Assembly (NCBI GenBank): GCA_963753345.1
Contig: CAVWBU010000036.1
Span: 5,599 to 69,598 of the forward strand
Reading direction: 5' to 3'
Source of the DNA: an uncultured Fibrobacterota bacterium
Lineage (GTDB): Bacteria > Fibrobacterota > Chitinivibrionia > Chitinivibrionales > FEN-1185
DNA: 64,000 bases
A program made the position numbers and the translations under genes. Under the pieces are notes generated by a model. It did not search any database. It saw nothing but the letters and a program-made list of their open reading frames with translations, and was not told where the DNA came from. Shown here one piece after another: positions 59,156 through 64,000 of this stretch (positions are counted from its first letter, which is position 1; every line of letters begins with the position of its first letter).

Positions 59156-61427
59156 ATGAAGTCATTGTTTTCATTAGTCAACAAATGCCGCGCGCCGGCC
59201 GCACGGGCGGTCTCCTGCGCGGCGATCGCAGCCGCGTGCGCATCTGGTTCGTCCTCCGCGGCGGTCCTTCGCAAGAGCCTTGCCGATCTCGCCGAAAAAG
59301 ACACCGTGTGCAAGGTGTGGGTCATATTTACGGATAAGACCGGTTTTGTCGGCGCGGCATCGGTGACGCGCGATGCGCAGCGGCGGCGGCAGCGCGCCGG
59401 CATCGGCGGGACGACCTGGGCAGACGTTCCGGTTCCGCAAGAACGCATACGTGACGTCGAGCGGATCGGCGGAAGGTGCGCGAACATCTTCAAGTGGGCC
59501 GATGCGGCGAGTTTTGTCGTTCCTTCGTCGCGTCTTGCCGAACTTGCGCGGCAGCCATATGTGCGCGACCTGGTGCCGGTGCGGACGTTCGCATCTGAAA
59601 AGAAGCAGGTGCCGCGGGCGGGCCTCGGGAAATCCCGCTCGGCCGCCGATCTCCTGTACGGATGCGCCTTAACGCAGCTTTCCGTTCTGAATGTCCCTCC
59701 GGCGCACCGTTACATCCGGGAAACGGCGGGCGCGCCGCCGGGCCAGGGCGTGCTCATCGGCATGTTCGACAGCGGGTTCAGGTTTACCCACCCGTGCCTG
59801 AAACGCCTGGTGAGCGACCACCGGGTCGTGGCCGACAGCGATTTCGTCGATCATGACACCACCGTGGAAGACCCGGATTCCGTGGTCGATAACCCGCTGA
59901 ATCTCTATTGGCACAACGACGAGCACGGCACCGAAACGCTGTCGCTCATCGCCGGGTACGACTCCTCGCGTTTCACCGGCGACGCGTATGCCGCGCGGTT
60001 CGTTCTCGCGCGCACCGAGGATTCCCCGGTCGAACATCACGTCGAAGAGGACAACTGGGCCGCAGCAATGGTCTGGGCCGAAAGCCTCGGTGTGAGCATC
60101 GTGAGCAGCTCGCTGGGGTACAACACGGGCTTTACGCCGCCCGACACCGATTACACGTTTCAGGATATGAATGGAAACACCACCATCATATCGAAGGCTG
60201 CGCGGCAGGCGGTCGCCTTCGGCATGATCATCGTCAATGCCATGGGCAACGACGACCCCTTTCTGGTCGCGCCCGCCGACGTGGACGGGGTGGTGTCGGT
60301 GGGTGCGATTGACACCAACTTGACAATAGCGAGTTTTTCCGACCGGGGTCCCACGGCCGACGGCCGCATCAAGCCCGACTGCGTCGCGCCGGGAGTCCTC
60401 GATGCGGTGCCGGCAGTGTACGATCCGTACGGCGGCTACACCGCGGGAAGCGGGACCTCGTTTTCAACCCCGCTCGTGGCGGGCGTGTGCGCGCTGATCC
60501 TTCAGGTCGACAACGGTTCCTCCGCCGCTGCGGTCAGGCAGCGGCTGTATTCGTCCTGTTTTTACGTTCCCGGACAGGACACCATGAACAACACGTACGG
60601 CCGCGGCGTGCCCGACGCCCTGCTTGCCGTGCTTCCCGATTCCCAGGGCTATATCACGGTGGCCGATTCATTCGGACAGGCGGTGGCGGGCGCAACGGCG
60701 CGCACCACCGGCGGGCACCGTCGCCGGAACGAGCGACAGCTCTGGATACGCAATTGTCAACATAGCCGGGCCGTTTCCGGAGACGCTCGTGGTGAGCCAC
60801 CCTTCGCATATACCGGCGCAGGCGGCCATACCCTCGCGTCATTCGAGGATGAGGGTCCTTCTCGCCGACCGATACGTGCTGCGCGTCGTTCTGCGCGATT
60901 CGACCGATGCCGCGGCCGTGACCGGCACGGTGTTCTGGAGGACAACGGGCGCCGCCGCGTTCGTTGCGCAGAAGACCGACTCCCTCGGCGTCGCCCTGAT
61001 CACGGCGGCGCAATCGCCCGACGTGGACTTCTACGGCGAGGGGCCGGGGTATTTCGGCTCGGCAACGGTTCACCTGACCATGACGGCGGGCGTCACCGCG
61101 AGCGATACGCTCCGTCTCGGGCCGAGGACCGCTTCACAATTCGTCATCTATCCCAACGTGCTCAATATCGCCACGAAACATCAGCGCCTCACCTTCGAAT
61201 TCACGTCCTCTCCGGACAATCCGCGCGCGTACTCGCAGGTATTTTCGGCCGCGATCCGGTCCATCGACGGCACGCTTATCTGGAAGTTCAGCAAAGTGCT
61301 TGCGGAGCAGACGCCCCTCGTGCTCACGTGGCCCGACGCGGGCGCAACCGTGGCCCCGGGCGTGTATTACTTCGTGGTGATGTACGGCGGGAAGGTTTAC
61401 AAAAAGAAGTTCCTGGTCATTGGATGA
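59156..61427 (+). CDS. S8 subtilisin-like serine peptidase with T9SS-like CTD; apparent +1 frameshift near 60714
   Basis: Catalytic triad FDSGF / EHGT / GTSFSTP. The shifted frame continues TVAGTSDSSG...IYPN...PGVYY...KKFLVIG*. Confidence 0.85.
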
Positions 61428-63513
61428 TCCACGCAAATCCCCACCTGAAGGTGATCCCGGGCATAAAATAGCCCGGAACGTAGGCATACTTGCGGTCCAG
61501 GATGTTGTCCACTTTGTAAAAGATGTTGAACGCCTTGATGTGCACCGCCATGCGCAGCGACAGGCTGGTAAGCTCCCTGCTCCAGAGGTCGGTCCCGCCG
61601 TACGGCACCGGGTCCCGCGCGCTCCAGTAATCGTACATCAGGTCGACCGTGATGTGCTCGCTCACGCCGAGCGGCTGGGCCGTGTAGTTGAGCGTGGTCT
61701 GCGACTTGACATACGGCTTTACGTCTGACACGATACAGCGCGAGCCGAGAGAGAATCCCAGCCACCTTCCGAACAGCGGCGCGGCAAGAACAGCGACGTG
61801 CGGCTGCTTGTAGGGCATGGTGCCGTCGGGCCAGAAGCGCGCGGCGGCGGCTGTATCCACGCCCGAAGCGCCGCACACGCCCAGGGCGAGGCCGACCTTT
61901 TTATACCCGAGATACAGTTCCGCGCCGTAGACGTTGTAAACGTCGAAATAGGAGGTGAGCGGCGCGGCGATGGTGTCGAACGGCAGCAGGTAGGGAAGAT
62001 GGTCGCGCAGGGCGAACAGGCGCAGCGTCTGGCCGTCGGCGGCCGCGGAAATCTCGGCCGAGTACACCAGGGAGTGAACGGCCCCGCCCCCCTGCGGCGC
62101 CATGACGCCGTCGCCCAGGGTTGCCTTGACTGATGCGCTTATGCGCGAAGAAGAGAACCCGCGGCGGTATCCGGCGCGGGCGTCGCCCACGGTGGCGGCC
62201 GCCGCGGACCCGTTGTACAGGCCGCGTTCCTCGCGCTCGGCGGAGCCGGAGATCGCGATGGTGTCGTTGCCGAGCGGGAAAAACGGCTCAAGGGAAAGCG
62301 CGGCGTCGGTGTTGCGGCCGATCTTGAGCGCCGGGGTCAGCGAATTGACATTCGGGATAGTCGCGGTGTGGCCCTCCCACACGGCGCGCGCGTCGGCGTT
62401 AAGCATGAGCCTGCCCGCCGGCATCGCCGGTATCGAGTGCGCCTGCGCCCGGAGGACGTTCGCGTAGCGCCACAGAGACTCCCACGCAAGCCCGGCCGTG
62501 TCGTTCGTCGTATCCACCTGCTGCACGGCGAGATCGTCCCTGGCGTCCTCATACGAATACGAAATCCACGCGTTTCCCCAGGGGCCGGTGTGCGACGCAA
62601 GCACGAGCGACATGTTTGTTTCGCTGGACGTGGGATTTCTGCCGCCGTTTTCGAGGAGCGAGGTGTCGGCGATGAAATAATCGTACAGCGAGGTCATGTC
62701 TCCCGCGGTCTCGTAGGTGTAGGGGGCGAAATAGCGGTAATTCGAGGACAGGGCGAAGTCGGTCGTGCGGGTGATCGGCCGTGAGAACCTCACGCCGAGA
62801 ACGTTTTCGCCGAAAACGCCGTTTTCCCACAGCAGGCCCGTTTGGGGAATAACGAGCCCGGACGGCGCGCTGCTCACATCGAGCCCCCGGGGACCGTTGC
62901 AGGAAACCTGCGTGACCTGGGTGGAGAAAACATTGTCGGTGCCGGTCATTGAGGTCGGATTCTCCGGAAACACATTGTTGTCGAAATACACGCCGTTCGG
63001 CAGAAGGGGAAAGCCATAGTACATGAACCGGTTAACGCCGCTGGACAGCGCGAAAGGCACGGCGACAACGGAAGGAATTGTCCGCGCGGCTTCGGAAATG
63101 CCGATTGCGTCGGTGTGAAGGAATTGCCATGGACCAAACCCGCTGATCCCGAAGATCGAATCGGGCGACGACGGAAACTTGAGGTACTGCTGCTTGGTGC
63201 GGGCGATTTCACGCATGAGCGAGTCGCGTTTGGCGGCCTTGCGCAGAGAGTCCGCGGCAGCGGCGGCCTGACTTGGCTGCCGCGGCGTCAAGGGGGGTGC
63301 GTTTGCAGGAACCGCTCGCTTGAGCGAATCGGCGTGGACTGCGTCGGAGGGCGCTGCGCCGCTGTCGGGCATTGCCTTCACCATGGCCGGCGATGGCGTC
63401 TGGCCGCTAATGGAAAGCGGCGCCGCGAGGAAGGCGGCGAGAAGCCCGCATGAGAGCGGAAGAAAGATGCGTCGCTTGGTGCGCGCGCATCCGAAGAACA
63501 ATCGAACGGTCAT
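61417..63513 (-). CDS. Large outer-membrane beta-barrel (putative porin / plug-containing)
   Basis: Signal peptide; C-terminal FYKVDNILD..Y.YVPGYFMPGITFRWGFAW. Start uncertain. Confidence 0.7.
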   Translation of the reverse strand: MTVRLFFGCARTKRRIFLPLSCGLLAAFLAAPLSISGQTPSPAMVKAMPDSGAAPSDAVHADSLKRAVPANAPPLTPRQPSQAAAAADSLRKAAKRDSLMREIARTKQQYLKFPSSPDSIFGISGFGPWQFLHTDAIGISEAARTIPSVVAVPFALSSGVNRFMYYGFPLLPNGVYFDNNVFPENPTSMTGTDNVFSTQVTQVSCNGPRGLDVSSAPSGLVIPQTGLLWENGVFGENVLGVRFSRPITRTTDFALSSNYRYFAPYTYETAGDMTSLYDYFIADTSLLENGGRNPTSSETNMSLVLASHTGPWGNAWISYSYEDARDDLAVQQVDTTNDTAGLAWESLWRYANVLRAQAHSIPAMPAGRLMLNADARAVWEGHTATIPNVNSLTPALKIGRNTDAALSLEPFFPLGNDTIAISGSAEREERGLYNGSAAAATVGDARAGYRRGFSSSRISASVKATLGDGVMAPQGGGAVHSLVYSAEISAAADGQTLRLFALRDHLPYLLPFDTIAAPLTSYFDVYNVYGAELYLGYKKVGLALGVCGASGVDTAAAARFWPDGTMPYKQPHVAVLAAPLFGRWLGFSLGSRCIVSDVKPYVKSQTTLNYTAQPLGVSEHITVDLMYDYWSARDPVPYGGTDLWSRELTSLSLRMAVHIKAFNIFYKVDNILDRKYAYVPGYFMPGITFRWGFAWIIQ

Positions 63514-63725
63514 CCTGCACCTGCTCCAATGCGGCGTTGCCCGAACAAAAAATCTGCGCTGCAACCGCCGGCCCGTTTTGATGGGATTGCGACTGAAGAA
63601 AAATACAAAGCGCTCTTGCCCGGCGTGAAAAATACCCTCGCGCGGCAATCTTTTCCGCGCACACCCGTAGTATTCTGCGTCGATATATATTTCTGCATAA
63701 GCAACTTTTTCGGCGCAAGTTTTTC

Positions 63726-64000
63726 ATGATGGATCGACACGAGAACGGTTTTGCTCACCTTTCGGCCGGACGTCTCTTTTTGTTAAGGTCGGCGCTGCCG
63801 CTTGCATGCGTGATGATTCTCTGCTCAGGCTGCCTTTACTTTAATCTCTTTTACAATGCGGAAACTTCCTTCGACACGGCCTTCAAGGCGCACCAGAAGC
63901 TCCTCAAGAACAACCCGGACTCGGCCTTGACGCTTCCCGCCGAGATCGAAACCGGGTACAAGAAGACTGTCGACAAATGCCTGAAACTGTTCGAAGTGTA
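63726..64000 (+). CDS. TPR lipoprotein, SprE/PorW-like (3' partial)
   Basis: Manual translation: MMDRH...LCSGC-LYFNLFYNAETSF...YKKTVDKCLKL; runs off the window end. Confidence 0.6.
   Translation, partial: MMDRHENGFAHLSAGRLFLLRSALPLACVMILCSGCLYFNLFYNAETSFDTAFKAHQKLLKNNPDSALTLPAEIETGYKKTVDKCLKLFEV

Noticed and set aside
60715-61471. Arg-rich C-terminus of the S8 peptidase ORF
   Set aside because: Out-of-frame translation; the alternative frame to 61427 gives a normal secreted-protein tail.
761-63758. Many long antisense or overlapping ORFs (e.g. 48786-50267, 52461-53984, 57005-58636, 20760-22031)
   Set aside because: Shadow ORFs of high-GC coding genes; no motifs, and they lie opposite well-supported genes.

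Overview
A ~60% GC bacterial chromosomal segment, probably Fibrobacterota (Chitinivibrionia-like). That placement is inferred from TSP3-repeat OmpA proteins, secreted proteins with T9SS-like C-terminal domains and a SprE/PorW-like lipoprotein. Core blocks: lpdA-rlmI, rho-proC, a CIRCE-controlled groES-groEL-hrcA-grpE-dnaK-(AT-rich gene)-dnaJ cluster, a ParE-type toxin-antitoxin pair, rarA, and ffh-rpsP-rimM-trmD-rplS. Accessory blocks: five tandem secreted beta-helix proteins, an LtaS-family/phosphoesterase/GT-C envelope locus, a LamG protein, a GGDEF protein, tandem OmpAs and an S8 protease. The strongest novelty candidate is 47.7-54.5 kb, which has two parts. (1) A DUF2294/MpsC gene followed by a ~180-nt multi-stem leader with an intrinsic terminator and a mutually exclusive antiterminator pairing upstream of GTP-PEPCK. 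(2) accD, accA and a pyruvate/oxaloacetate carboxyltransferase fused to an ACC-type ('thumb') BCCP, with no accC in the window. Together these suggest CO2/bicarbonate-responsive attenuation and possibly ATP-independent oxaloacetate-to-acetyl-CoA transcarboxylation; both are untested inferences. Four genes carry apparent +1 frameshifts that look like sequencing errors. All family assignments come from motif recognition; no database searches were run.
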